Position numbers and translations under genes: made by a program | In this document: piece after piece, positions 41,884-55,712 of the stretch | Position numbering within the stretch: position 1 is the first letter of the stretch | Layout of the letters: each line of letters starts with the position of its first letter | The notes under the pieces: generated by a model | The model's database searches: none | What the model saw: only the letters and a program-made list of their open reading frames with translations | What the model was told of the DNA's origin: nothing | NCBI GenBank assembly: GCA_951406725.2 | Contig: OX597819.1 | Coordinates: forward strand, 53,258,001-53,322,000 | Direction of reading: 5' to 3' | Origin: Octopus vulgaris | Lineage: Eukaryota | DNA: 64,000 bases

Positions 41884-42265
41884 AGGAGTGGCTGTGTGGT
41901 ACGTAGCATGCTTACCAACCACATGGTTCAGGGTTCATTCCTACTGCGTGGCACCTTGGGCAAGTGTCTTCTAATATAGCCTCGGGCCGACCAAAGCCTT
42001 GTGAGTGGATTTGGTAGACAGAAACTGAAAGAAGCCCGTTGTATATATGTATATGTCTGTATGTCTGTGTCTGTCCCCCAACATCGCTTGACAACCAATG
42101 CTGTTGTGTTTACGTCTCTGTAACTTAGTGGTTCGGCAAAAGAGACCGATAGAATAAGTACTAGGCTTCCAAAGAATAAGTCCTGGGGTCAATTTGCTTG
42201 ACTAAAGTTGGTGCTCCAGCATAGCCGCAGTTAAATGACTGAAACAAGTAACAGAGTAAAGAGAG
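41884..42265 (+). mobile_element. Full-length tRNA-derived SINE family A (CORE-like; octopus-type SINE)
   Basis: A-box tggctgtgtgg, B-box ggttcattcc, CORE-like accttgggcaagtg, internal TA/TG tract and a (aagagta)-type tail. Near-identical to 52045-52428 and to the reverse of 33246-33625. Confidence 0.9.
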
Positions 42266-43689
42266 CAACAATACAAATATATGGTAACTCTGTGCTACAA
42301 AACACTAAACTGAGCATGGTTTAATCAGCTACTTCAAGCAATCTTTAGCTGTATTTTCCAAATTAAATTATTTGAGTAGTGTCTGTATCAACAGAAACTG
42401 TTAGCAAGAAACTTATGAATATAAACACACTTCTAGTGACAACAGTGTCATCCATTCAAACCAACTCAACCACTGTTGTAGGGACTGAAAAGTGGTCTCA
42501 ACCTTATTAACTATCTATTTTCAGCAAGTTCATCTGCAGTCAATAATTTGCAGTCCTTTGAATCTGAAGATAGCAACTGTATCATTCCCCACCCCCACCA
42601 CTAGTTATTGACCCAAACTTAAAAAAAACAAACTCTTCCATCAAAATTCCATTTTAAATATTAGCTTAATAATGACAAAGTTAATTTATTGTTCTTCATT
42701 ATTTTCAAAGGTAACTGAAATAAAGGCAGCGTTTTCAACAAAAGTACAGCAATGAGAGGGTTAATGCCATAAATGTTCCTCTATCACCTTTGCAAACCAA
42801 TTCCTGCAGGAAAGACCTGATCAAGGCCAGAGTCCAAGCACAGGCTGCATAATGAACCTAAACACTTCTAGCAATGAAATGGGAGAGGGGGGAGGCATGC
42901 AGACATACGCTAATACCCACTCTAACACAGCCACAAAATAATTTCAAAGGTTGCATGCTTACTGAGTATTAGATTGTATTATTTAGGCATTAGGCTACAT
43001 CTCTCCTTGTACTTGATTAATTAAGAGTAATACATAGTTGCTTATGTTTCTACCTGTAATCACGGAGATTGTGAAGTAAAAAGCCCCCAAAGTGCCTTCA
43101 ATTTCTTAAAATATATTGACTAGGCCTACTGCTTTCATTACCAAGTGTATTAATCTCTGCCTGTTCCAGGTTCTGGAATGAAGGGTGCTAGAATACCACT
43201 TGATTTAACATCCCTTGACATCAGTATGGTCATGCGAAATATTGCATATAATAGTCTTGTACAATGATCTACTTCACTGACCATGTAACTAGCTGCAGTT
43301 CTATCTTATCTCTGCATTCAGCAATACACACAGTCACAAGGTGAAACCAACCTTCTACTTATGCACAGATTAAACCTATTTTCATATACTGTGGTTCTGA
43401 TTTAATAAGTTAATGTTATGGAATAATGAACAAGTAATTTGCCAGACATGCTTAAAGGATGGAAAGACCTTTATAAGGTGACATAAAGCTGTTGGTAATA
43501 GTATTAAAAGTGCTGAGGTAAAATAGTTCAGTTACAATTAATTGACTTCATTACAGAAACAATCCCATTATTTTTCTTGGTATAGTATTTGAAAAGAGAT
43601 TAAGATAATGGAGAAAACATTGCTGAACTGTAATTTCTGAGCAATTTAAAATTTACTTAATTGTATTAATTATAGATTTAATACATCAC

Positions 43690-43758
43690 CTGTCAAAGGA
43701 ATAAATACATTTAGTCTCGTAATATTTCACAGCAGGGAAACCATAAATCAATTCCCCT
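43690..43758 (-). other. Candidate 69-nt exon (GELIYGFPAVKYYETKCIYSFD)
   Basis: atatttag|aggggaa...tttgacag|gtgatg; only phase 2 is open; 3n length. Confidence 0.2.
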
Positions 43759-44822
43759 CTAAATATATACTTGTGAATGTGTATATGTATGTATATAATG
43801 TGTGTATGTATGTATGTATGTATAAAATTGTGTGTGTATATACAGAGAGAGAGGGGGGGGACATACACTCACACATTCAAATGTTACTCTTTTGTCAAGA
43901 AATGAGCTTGAGAGTACTCAATACATGTAGAGTTTATAGTTCATTCAAAATGGATTTCTTTTCTCTACCATCCTATCACCATTTCTCCTCCACTGTGCTC
44001 ATTGTTACTCTCTCCTCTTTCACCCTTATGGTCATCTCTGTCCCCACCCATCTCTTTCTCGCCCCTATGTACAGTTAGCCATGTTTACTTTGAAAGAACA
44101 AAGACCAACATACATTATAGAGGATACTTTAGTCAAGGACATTACAACCCCTCCAGTGGTGTTACCATAGTAAAATGCATGTGAAGTGTCTAAGTGGTTG
44201 ATGTTAGAAAGGGCATCAAGCCACAGTAACCATGCAAAAAATAAAACATATGAGCAGCACCCAGTCCTCTGATTTCTCTAGTAACTCCAAATAAGAAATG
44301 GTTCAGACTGTGACAACCTGTCCAACCTATGGCTGCATGAAAATAAGCATATGATGGTAGTGGTGGTGGGAGGAGACATTAAAAGATATGGCAGTCAAAG
44401 CTTTCTTCTCGCAGGAGAATATAATGCATTTCAAGCACTTGGACTCAGAGAAATATTTGGGATACTTAACTGGACTCCAAGAAGAAATTCACTTCACTAA
44501 TATGATTTACACATATTTCTATATGTTTATGTACACACAGGCACACAAACATGAATATACATACACATGTACAAGATAGAAAAACAAACTGACAAAGAGA
44601 TATACACAGGTATAACTAGACACATTGCTAATAGCATGTTATAACATAAATCTCCACATATAAATAGAGATACATATACACACAAATGCCCTCCCAAATA
44701 TAAAGAAAAAAAAAACATGTCCACTTGACTTGCAGAGGAATGAAACACAACTAGAGCTTCACCTCCTTCTTGTCAGATCAGCAACATAGCAAAGCATTAT
44801 TGTATGCGCAAGGCTGTATCAC

Positions 44823-44873
44823 TTGGCTGGTTTCACATTTTCAGATTGCCTCTTCAGTTTTAAGTATTCTTTG
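44823..44873 (-). other. Candidate 51-nt exon (KEYLKLKRQSENVKPA)
   Basis: ttttcattgctgccgctatgtag|caaagaa...gccaa|gtgata; only phase 2 is open; 3n length; UGC motifs upstream. Confidence 0.25.
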
Positions 44874-46038
44874 CTACATAGCGGCAGCAATGAAAATACA
44901 GCAAATAGACAGCAAAGATGGTAGTGTGTTTCCTTTATGTTAGTAGAGTATAAGGTGAAGTACATTATGTAATAAAAAAAATAAAAACTGTTTATATAAC
45001 AACATGTCTTCATTTCTAACTGTTATCATGCCCAGTTCAACAGAGGGAATCCTTTGCAACATAAAAAATTGCTTGCATACATATTTAAAATTATACAATC
45101 TGAATCTTAGCTGTACATTGGTTTGTTTGTTGTATGAATTAGATTAAATTTAATAATAATAACAATAATAATAATAATAATTATTATTATTATTATTATT
45201 ATTTTGTAGTTGTTTAAACCCAGACCAGTGCTGTCTAAGCAGACCTTCTATTACAGGTATTCCAGTTATGACCATACAATCTTTTTCTAATATGCAGGGG
45301 AATTCAGGAGCACATTTATGACATATCTTTTCCTAAGATGATAGGACATGATTTGAATGAGGTTGGGCAACCACTATCACCACCAATATCATGTTCAAAT
45401 TCTACTGAAATTGACTTTGTTTTACATGTGAACTATGCCATCACTATTTCAAATGTTTTGTTGTAGGCCCAATTCAGCTGGACATGCCAATTTATAAACT
45501 TGAGAGACAGAGAGACAGATGTGAAGCAAGTGAGCATATGTTGTTTACATGCATCTGCATTAGGAATCTACATGAAACTATAGTATTCTCTGGTTTCCTT
45601 ATCATTCTCACGATACATAAACAAATATTTTCTCAACTACCAGGTTAGTGCAGGTAAATGCTTCCAGATTAAGCTAGTATCAGCATTTAGGTAAGAAGAT
45701 TTGAACTACAGAACAATGTGCAGGTATTCAAATACCTTAGCCACTTGAAGTGTTACTATGATTATCACAGCAATAGAAGACTTCAATGAGTTTGGACCTT
45801 CATAACACACACACACATGCATGTATGCATGCACATGCATACACACACATGCATGCATGCACACACACAAGACTAACATCCAATAATTGATGCTTCATTA
45901 GATAACACCTCATAATAACAGTGGTATACCAGAGGAAACAAGTCATTCAGTACCTACTGACTCACTCCCATTTGCCTCTTCTTGACTACTACAACATGGT
46001 CAACAGAAGGAAATAGTAAATAATTCATTGAAGTCAAA

Positions 46039-46078
<40 letters not shown>

Positions 46079-46339
46079 ATCAATTACACAATAATATTAT
46101 TATGGAGGAATCAAATGATTTTATCAGGGATCATTTTTCTTTGTAGTCTTTCTTTTCAATCACCACCACTGCCAACACCACCATTCTCCCCGTTTCTTTG
46201 TTATCCCTCTACAAGTAAAAGGGAAAATCAATTTCGGTTGTTGTTATGACTGGTGAAGCCGTCGATTAACATAATGTACATACGAACTAGATTCATTTTC
46301 ATTGCCTCAGAATTAATTAGACACTATTAAACAAATTAC

Positions 46340-46351
46340 TACCACAATGAA
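46340..46351 (-). other. Candidate 12-nt (or 9-nt) micro-exon
   Basis: cttttgtctctctgcctctcctttttag|ttcattgtggta|gtaatt. Confidence 0.25.
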
Positions 46352-47480
46352 CTAAAAAGGAGAGGCAGAGAGACAAAAGTGAGACAGACAAGCATACAGA
46401 TAGATAGATGGGTAGAGAGAGAGAGAGAGAGAATGAGAGGGAGACAGAAAAAGAGAAAGAGTAAAGAGAGAAAGAGAGAGAGCAAGAAGGCTATCCAGAT
46501 TGCAAGAGCACAAGAGCCATCAATTTCCAATTTCCAAAAAATAATAAGCTAAAATATCAAAGACAAAAGATTTTATTGAATCTGTTTTATGGCTGTTTGA
46601 GGGAAATAGTATGTTTCGGTAATTTATTATACGGAACATTATCACCCTCTTTAGAAGAGCTGAAACACATTAATTAAAAATAAATATCTATTGAATTCTT
46701 TTAATATAACCTTTGCTTCATAAATCATCATAATATTTTCAAAATAAGAGGGAGACAAATACATGTAGATTAACTTAAAACATGTTTATAATTCTGAAAA
46801 TGTTTTTGTTGTGTTGCATTTGTTTTTATTTAGGTTGTTTTTATTTTTTGCTTTTTTTATTCAACAATATTTAAACATCAAGATGAAAAGAGAAATTGCA
46901 TCATCATCATCACTGCCAACAACAACAACAGCCAACAGCAGCAGCAGCAACAGGAATGTTCTTCGCACAAGAATCGAAGTTTTAAAATAGCAGACATATA
47001 GACACACACGCATTCACAAATAATATAATAATGATTCTCTTTCTCTCTTCCTCTCTTCCAATTTTCTGTGTAGTTCTTTGAAACACAGCATAATTGTTTC
47101 CATTTGTTTGCCCAATTACAATGCTGAAACATAACTCTAACAAGAACCAATAATAATAAATATAATAACAATATCTTTAACAAGTATTGGCTACACATTC
47201 TCCGTCTTTGTTGATAATACTTTGGAGAGCACTCAACATTCTAATAGTAACTATTATGTCCATGATGGTCAAATAGACAAAGTTTGAAAACCAACAATAA
47301 AGTGGCAGTTTTGGTTTCATTGTTGTTAAAATATATGACTATGTTGGTTGTGCAATGGAACATGAATCAATTTACATATTTCTGAGGCAGGCAGATAGCA
47401 TAAAGGTTTTTATAATAGCATGAAGTTCATCCATTTTAAGTTAAATTCCCCACATTAAAGTTGTTTTTAATTTTTTATAT

Positions 47481-48277
<797 letters not shown>

Positions 48278-48738
48278 CAGTCAACCACTTTACAGGACCC
48301 AGTATATGTGGCAAAGTGGTTGACATTACGAAGGTCACCCAGTCATAGAAACCATGCCAAAGCAGATACTGGACCTTGATGTGGTCCTTTGGGTTCATTG
48401 GATCCTACCAAACCATCCAGGAACATGGGCATTAAATGATGATGATGGCGATGACAATGACTTACAGCCTATTGAGTGCTAAGCTAGAGTCACAGAGGCT
48501 ATAAAGTATCATACTACAACCCTTGTGTTGGGCCCATAGTAAAGGTACGTTGTTAGAATGTGTGGTTAGCAGTAAATATGAGGTGTATATAGCTATAAAA
48601 TAATTTGCTACAATAACTTGAAAATATCCTAAATAACAACAAGCTCACCCATGCAAACAATTTAAGAAATGGACACAAAACTAAGAGAACCAAAAGTTGC
48701 CTATATTACTGCCACTAAACTAACACAGAATACCATAA

Positions 48739-48948
48739 GGTAAGCTGGCAGAAACGTTAGCACGCCGGGCAAAATGCTTGACGGCATTTCGTCCGCCTTT
48801 ATGTTCTGAGTTCAAATTTCGCTGAGGTCAACTTTGCCTTTCATCCTTTCAGGGTCAATAAATTGAGTACCAGTAGTGTACTGGAGTCGATCAAACTCAC
48901 TGCCCCCACCCCAAATTGTGGGCCTTGTGCCTATAGTAGAAAAGGAAA
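48739..48948 (+). mobile_element. Best-preserved SINE family B copy
   Basis: gctggcagaaacgttagcacgccgggc...gagttcaaattt..gtcaactttgcctttcatcctttc; flanked by the near-perfect TSD agaat(a/g)ccataa. Confidence 0.85.
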
Positions 48949-49034
48949 AGAATGCCATAATTTTCAACAAGGTCTATTGCACCAACACATGCTAGATTAA
49001 TCAACATCATCACTCTGTGGATTAAAAACAGCTG

Positions 49035-49189
49035 GGTGGAGTAGCGTTAGGAAGGGCATCCAGCTTTAAAAACTGTGCCAAAACAGACACAGAAGCCTGG
49101 TGCAGGCCCCCGCCTAGTCAGCTCCTGTCAAACAATCCAGCCCATGCCAGCACGGAAGGTGAACGTTAAACGATGTTGATGATGATGAT
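49035..49189 (+). mobile_element. RTE 3'-end fragment (family C); similar fragments at ~44200-44365, 48330-48460 and 61435-61565
   Basis: gcgttaggaagggcatccagc...cccatgccagcacgg..cgttaaacgatg. Confidence 0.8.
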
Positions 49190-49864
49190 ATCTCAAGATT
49201 ATGAACAAAATAATGACATGTATAACTGATCTGTAGCCCAACTAATTACTACAATAAGTGTGTTTCCTCATTATGGATTTGATAACAAGATGTTCTAGCT
49301 ATTGCGATTGCCTACCAATAAAGTCATCTCTGACAAAGCAAGCCTATAGTCAAAGGTATTCTAAACACGATCTTCCTCATCAATTTTCAGACATAATGGT
49401 GGGTGTAGTTTAATTGGATATTTTTTCTAGCAAGTTGAACAGCCACATAGAGGCTCCTTGATTAGCTCATAAAAAGCCTAGTATTTCTTGGATGTAGGCA
49501 GTAAAGTAACAGGGACAAGTGAAACACATTCTTTTCAGTAGCTCCAAGTTAAGTGAACACACAGTGGTCTAGGGAGAGACATATGTAGAAAAAAATATTA
49601 ATAATAATAATAGAAGAATTTACATATCGTTCAACACTTCTAATACCAAAGATAGCTGAAATATAATGTATATACATACTTTTAAAATATTCTTTGAGTG
49701 AGAGATAGGAATCTCAAATAATTAATTAGAAAAAATATCTTGCTTATCAAACATTACTTTTGAGTAACGAAAAAAACAAACACCACCACCACCTAAAAGA
49801 TTATTCATCTCTGAGTAAACAATGTATTATTCCAATAAATAAGTAAGAATCAGAATAAACATAC

Positions 49865-49911
<47 letters not shown>

Positions 49912-50144
49912 TGACTCAAGAAATATGTGGGTGGTGCATAACTTAGCTGTTTCAAGATAAATATTTAATAACAAATATATAAATAAAAGCCAAGAAGAAA
50001 TTACTGCTACCTTTCAAGACAGGAAAAAGAAAAAGGAAAAAAGAAAAAAAAAAAGAAAACTCTAAAGAAACCTTATCAACACGTAGATGCAGATATTTAA
50101 TGTGTCCAACCTCTTTGCTATTTGTGCCTTCAGCACTCTCTTAC

Positions 50145-50180
50145 AGGAGAGAAAATATTGCTTGATAATCTCAACATGTC
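50145..50180 (-). other. Candidate 36-nt cassette exon (DMLRLSSNIFSP or xHVEIIKQYFLS)
   Basis: ctgctcatttatttccatccag|gacatg...ctcct|gtaaga. Confidence 0.3.
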
Positions 50181-51225
50181 CTGGATGGAAATAAATGAGC
50201 AGATTATGTCTACATGAGCTATGATTAAAAGTAAACAGCTCCACTCAATGCCATAAGCCTTGCTCTAGGACAATGCAGATTGTCTCCTTGAAACCAGCCA
50301 ATATTGAAGCTAGCACTTTTCCTAGTACACTCTATCAAATCTTCTCCAGTATGGTCTATGAGAATATGAAGACAATTAAATTTATTCACTTGGAAATTAA
50401 ACAGCACTAATTCTCAACAATCTCAGCTAATATTGTCACCTTACCATATTGGCAGCAGCAGACAGTAATCACCTTCAGCATAAGAAAGATTAGAAGTCTG
50501 AGATACTCACAAACCACTTACCAGCAGAGAAAAGGAGACATAGAGGCAATTAACAGCCTCCTTGAGAAAACTGAAGATTAAAATTTCCAACCGAAAAACA
50601 CACTTCTGCTCACTGCTGCTTGATTTCTTTATATTATTATTATTTCAAGGAGCAGTGAAAAGAAAGAAAAAGTAAAGAACATTTCTTTGTGAAAATAGAA
50701 TGAATTAGACCAATATCAGCCTTTGAGTGACAGGTACATTTGACAGGAAGGACAAAGAAGGAATGTAAAGACACCAGAATGAATGTATGCAAAATAACAG
50801 TTCTGAATTAATAATGATTAAAAAAAAAGCAATAAATAAATAATAGCATTAATAAGAGATTATAAAGAATGTTAAGGGGAAAAAATTATCAGCTGGAAAA
50901 TGAAGATTAATGCTTTTATATATATATTTACTCAAAGTTTTCATCAATATAAGAGAAGCAAAAATTGCAGTGAAGGATAGATTTCCTCACTTCCAATTTC
51001 CTAGCACAACTTTCTTGAAAAATATTTTAAAATTGCATTATAAACTTACAATCATAAAGCAAAAATACAAAATGTCTTCCTTGTCTCAACAGTAATACAA
51101 TACAGTTTATAAACACTATTGGAAAATTAAACTTGACTTTAGTTGATGGAGGATAAATGACAAAAACGAAAATGCATTTTTGTATGGCACCATTCACTCC
51201 CCCCTCTCTCTCTCCTCTTTCATAC

Positions 51226-51264
51226 CAAATGATCATTCCTTCTTTTGCAGGATTTTAAAAACAT
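51226..51264 (-). other. Candidate 39-nt exon (MFLKSCKRRNDHL) or last exon (xVFKILQKKE*)
   Basis: cttttgctccatgcgtttgcag|atg...catttg|gtatga. Confidence 0.25.
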
Positions 51265-51900
51265 CTGCAAACGCATGGAGCAAAAGATTACAGGGAGGGA
51301 TTGGGTAAGCATATTTATTATATGCGATACATTTAGCTTTCTCCGTGTAACTAAGGCCTTGTCAAATGCTACTGGAAGGCATGAATGGCATCAATGAGTA
51401 AACAGATTAAGCAAATACAAATGGTGACAATTGCAGTTGAGCAACTGTGTCGTAATATGGCCCAGGCCAACCAAAGCTTTGTGAGTGAATTTTGTAGAAA
51501 CTGAAAGAAGCTGTGTGCGTGTGTGTCTCCTTGCCTTGACATTGTGTGATAGTTGTGTCACCACCATGCAAGCAGTGTTCTTCATTTCTAGTCTCATGTG
51601 GCAGAGCAGTTAACAAACTCACAGAGGCATTCAGACAAAATCTACGTCATTGAGCCAGTGTTAGAAATCCTTTTTACAGCCACCAGGCCTGCCACACAGA
51701 TATTGTTTAGATGAATGGATGGATAGGATTTCCTTGAGCATTCCTTCACTCTTGGTCCTTTTGTCTTTACAATCATATGGCGAAAATGGACAAAATGCTT
51801 TGTAGTATTTAGTTGCTTTACATTCTGAGTTAAGATCAACAATGCCTTTCATTTTTTTTTTTAACTGATAAAAATAAAGTACCAACCACAGTTCATTCTT

Positions 51901-52490
51901 TTAACCCTTTAGCATTCAGATTACTTTGTCAAATGTAATGCTTACTTATTCACCTTGTTTTGAATTAATCATGCATTATCTTGAAGTTTCAAAATTTCAG
52001 TGATACATTGGTTTATTTTTAGAATGACATTGTCGGGTAGGTGTAGGAGTGGCTGTGTGGTAAGAAGCTTGCTTACCAACCACATGGTTCTGGGTTCAGT
52101 CCCACTCTGTGGCACCTTGGGCAAGTGTCTTCTACTATAGCCTCGGGCCAACCAAAGCCTTGTGAGTGGATTTAGTAAACGGAAACTGAAAGAAGCCCAT
52201 CGTATATATGTGTGTGTGTGTGTGTGTGTGCTTGTGTGTCTGTCCCCCCAACATTGCTTGACAACCGATGCTGGTGTATTCATGTCTCCATAACTTAGCG
52301 CTTCGGCAAAAGAGATCCGATAGAATAAGTACTAGGCTTACAAAGAATAAGTCCTGGGGTCGATTTGCCCGACTAAAGGCGGTGCTCCAGCATGGCCACA
52401 GTCAAATGACTGAAACAAGTAAAAGAGAGTAGGTGTGAGAAGCCAGCCATATCTGGCTGGTTGTAGCCAGTTTAAATGCTAAAGGGTTAA
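51901..52490. mobile_element. piggyBac-like MITE (family E) with a family A SINE inserted (52045-52428)
   Basis: TIRs TTAACCCTTTAGCATT / AATGCTAAAGGGTTAA; SINE TSD gtaggtgt at 52037-52044 and 52429-52436. Confidence 0.9.
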
Positions 52491-52494
52491 AGAG

Positions 52495-52696
52495 ACCATA
52501 TCAAGCCCAAATTTTCCACCTGCTTTATATTCAAACTGGCTAGAGCTGGCCTCTCACAGTTATCCTACAATGTCATTCAAAAAAATAAGTACACCATCAA
52601 AATCTGAAACCTACAAGATAATGCATGATTAATTCAAAACAGTGCGAATAAATAGGCATTACATTTGAAAGAGTAATCTGAATGCTGAAGGGTTAG
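52495..52696 (-). mobile_element. Second family E MITE in inverted orientation
   Basis: ...aagataatgcatgattaattcaaaac...cattacatttga..gagtaatctgaatgctgaagggtta is the reverse complement of 51901-52040. Confidence 0.85.
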
Positions 52697-54679
52697 AGTG
52701 TGCAACCAATATTATAATCAAGGCAGCAAGCTGGCAGATTCATTTGCACGTTCAGAGTCAATTAAATAAGCACCAGTTACACACTAGGGTAGATGTAATC
52801 AATTTAATCCCTTTGTCTGTCCTTGTTTGTCCCCTCTATGTTTAGATCCTTGTGGGCAATAATGAAATAAATATTATAATCTTTATCTTATAGGTCAACA
52901 AAATTTATTTTTATTCTTTTTCTTTTGACCAGGAATGACTGTGAGGTCAAGAAGTTTGCTTTGCAACAGCCGTGTAATGCCATGAACAGGTGTCTTCTAC
53001 TATCACCTAAGGGCCAACCAATGCATTGTCAGTTAATTTTGGTAAATGGCAACTGTGAGAAGCCAATTAGTGTGCGTCTTAGTATTTGTTTTGTCTCTTG
53101 CCACTTGACAAGCAGTGTTGGTTTCTTTATGTCCCTGTAACTTAGCACTTCAGCAAAAGTGTGTAACAAAATAAGTAACAGGCTTAAAATAAGAACTTGA
53201 GTCATTTTGTTCAATTAACTCTACAAAGTAGCACTCTGGTACTCCACCCACAAATTTTAACTGATCAAATTTAATTAAAGCTAGATTATTTGAAATGCAG
53301 TGTTGAATCAATCTAACCCAGGTAGTACTGTGACAGTCCCAAACACGTTGCAGTTTTGTCATCTTTGCATGGAAGTACTAATAAAGACTATATTTCATTG
53401 AGGGGGGGGTCTACTAATAAGACATAATCAATCTTGTCACCATACCACCAAAATCAGGCTCACTTCCCAGTGCAACCCTTATTTTGATATCATTTAAAAT
53501 TTCAGAGTTGTCACTCCTGCCATTCTTCACAAGCAGTGATCGTTAAGCTAACAATTCTTTCTCCTTACTACAGGTGCAATTTTAAATAATTAAAATGTCT
53601 TCAGTCACAACATTAAAGATATGAACATTGATCTTATCACTTATTTTTCATGGAAAGCATATCATCCTTGGGTAGTCTTCCCAATTCAGTCTTGATGCAG
53701 AATAGGTGCAAGCAAAGTTATTCCAGCTAATCCTATTCCTGTTGCCCACTACCGAAGAATCCCAAATCCAGAACTACATTATTCAACGAGACCTTTTAAA
53801 CAAGAGAGTAAAGGTAATTTGTGGAGGATTTGGCTGTTCTTTCTAGTAAGTCAAGCAGCCATTTGGAGACACCCACATTTGCTTGAGACAGACCATGTAA
53901 GAGATACAAATGAGAATCAGCTTTAATGCTATATTTTTCACTGAGCACAATACAAATTACTGCTGAGGAAGAAAAAAAGAAGAAATTAGTGAAATTAGCC
54001 CTAGTGTCTTACTGGTAATCATTTATCAATTCCATTAGAATAAAAGACAAATAATTAATAGCATCAGAGTCAGTCAGTTTCTTTCTGAGACTAACAGACA
54101 AACAGACAGACACAGAAATAATCCACTCGACATAGCAATGAGGCTACAATTTCGCTTAATGACTTCATTTTCAAACAATGACTTTTTCGAAGAATATTGG
54201 AAGAATTAATGAAAAGCAATGACAAACGTAATCCAAAAGAACAAAGAACATCATGCAGTAAGAAAGAAAAAAAAATACAATAAATTAAAATAAAATAAAA
54301 GAGCAAATCAATAAACGAAAATAACATTATTGTGGTGGTTATTGATGCTGCTTTAACAATAAAAGCTAAGACAGCAGAGCAGCTTTAATAATGCTAACTA
54401 ATAAAAGCACCAGTGAAGAACTGTGGAGGTTGGTGGCGGAGGAGAAGGATAACCAAAACCAGCCCAAGAAAATTATGACTGTTGAGAGAAGGTGGAGTTG
54501 GTTGGATATACAATAAATTGTACAATCTCTGTGTGAAAAATAATTATAAACACCGACAATAGGAAAAATATGAAGATATAAAATGAAGAAGAAGAAAAAC
54601 CAACAAAAAACCAAACTTGTTGCATATTCTTTAGGATATTTCAAATTATTAGTTGTAGTGATAATGTTCGAGTTATCAT

Positions 54680-54853
54680 AGGCACAGGCATGGCTGTGTG
54701 GTTAGTAAGCTTGCTTTGTAATCACGTGGTTACAGGTTCAGTCCAGCTGCACAGTACCTTGGGCAAGTGCCTTCTACTATAGCTCCAGGCCAACTGACAT
54801 TTTGTGGGTGGAAACTGTGTAGAAGCCAATAGTGTGTGCATATGCACACATAC

Positions 54854-54910
<57 letters not shown>

Positions 54911-55100
54911 CCTTATGGCTTGACAACCAGTGTTTGTTTATGTTCATATAACTTGGCAGTTTGGCAAAAGAGACTGATAGAATAAGTGCCATTCTTTAAG
55001 AAAGAAATAAGTACTGGGGGGGTTAATTTGTCCAACTAAAATATCTTCAAGGCAGTGGCCCAGCATGGCCACAGTCCAATGACTGAAACCAGTGAGATTA
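54680..55100 (+). mobile_element. SINE family A (older subfamily); related decayed copies at 52930-53230, 37850-38010 and 51460-51590
   Basis: tggctgtgtgg...ggttcagtcc...accttgggcaagtg, with a long internal (GT)n. Confidence 0.8.
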
Positions 55101-55696
55101 AAGACACACACACACAAACATTTTGTGTGTGTGTGTGAGAGAGAGAGAGGGGGGGGGATAAAAATTTTAACTATTTCAAGGAAAACTGCTGAAACCAGAA
55201 TTAATCTTTGCCTGTTTTATTTGTGAATATTGTTTGTGTGGAAAGCAAAAATGCAGGCACTTCAGTCAGTGTCCAATAAAGTATTATAGAAATTACAAAG
55301 ATAATTCTACACATTTCAATCCATCTAATTGTCATCAGAAATAGATACCTGGATTGTCTGAAAATACCACCTGCTTTAGAAAGGCACCCTAATTGGGTAA
55401 AGACATACTCACACAAACCCCGCCCCTCGTTTAATGTAACTTAGATTTGATATAAGCACTAATCCTTTTGAGTCCTTCAGGACTTCAGGAGAAGGAATAG
55501 CAATAAATAACAAACTTAAAAGCAAGCAAAACAACTTCAACATTACAAAAAAAGGGGGGAAAAAACCCATGGCTCTTTTAGGTCGTGTATGTGGAGGAAT
55601 TATAACTGAAGGCAATCCATGTTCTTTAACTTAATATCAAAATATTTGTAATTAGTGTTATCTAAAGCCTTATAGTATTTAGGTATATCCTTTTAC

Positions 55697-55712
55697 ATTC
55701 TGTGTTCAGATC
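55697..55712 (-). other. Candidate 16-nt micro-exon or last exon (xSEHRM*)
   Basis: ttgttttcccttctgcag|gatctgaacacagaat|gtaaaa. Confidence 0.2.

Noticed and set aside
41884-41960. tRNA-like sequence with A and B boxes (also 21659, 33850, 52045)
   Set aside because: These are SINE heads continuing into a repeat body; no complete cloverleaf.
55295-55345. Minus-strand CTGATGA...GAAA
   Set aside because: No convincing stems I or III and no correctly placed NUH; likely chance.
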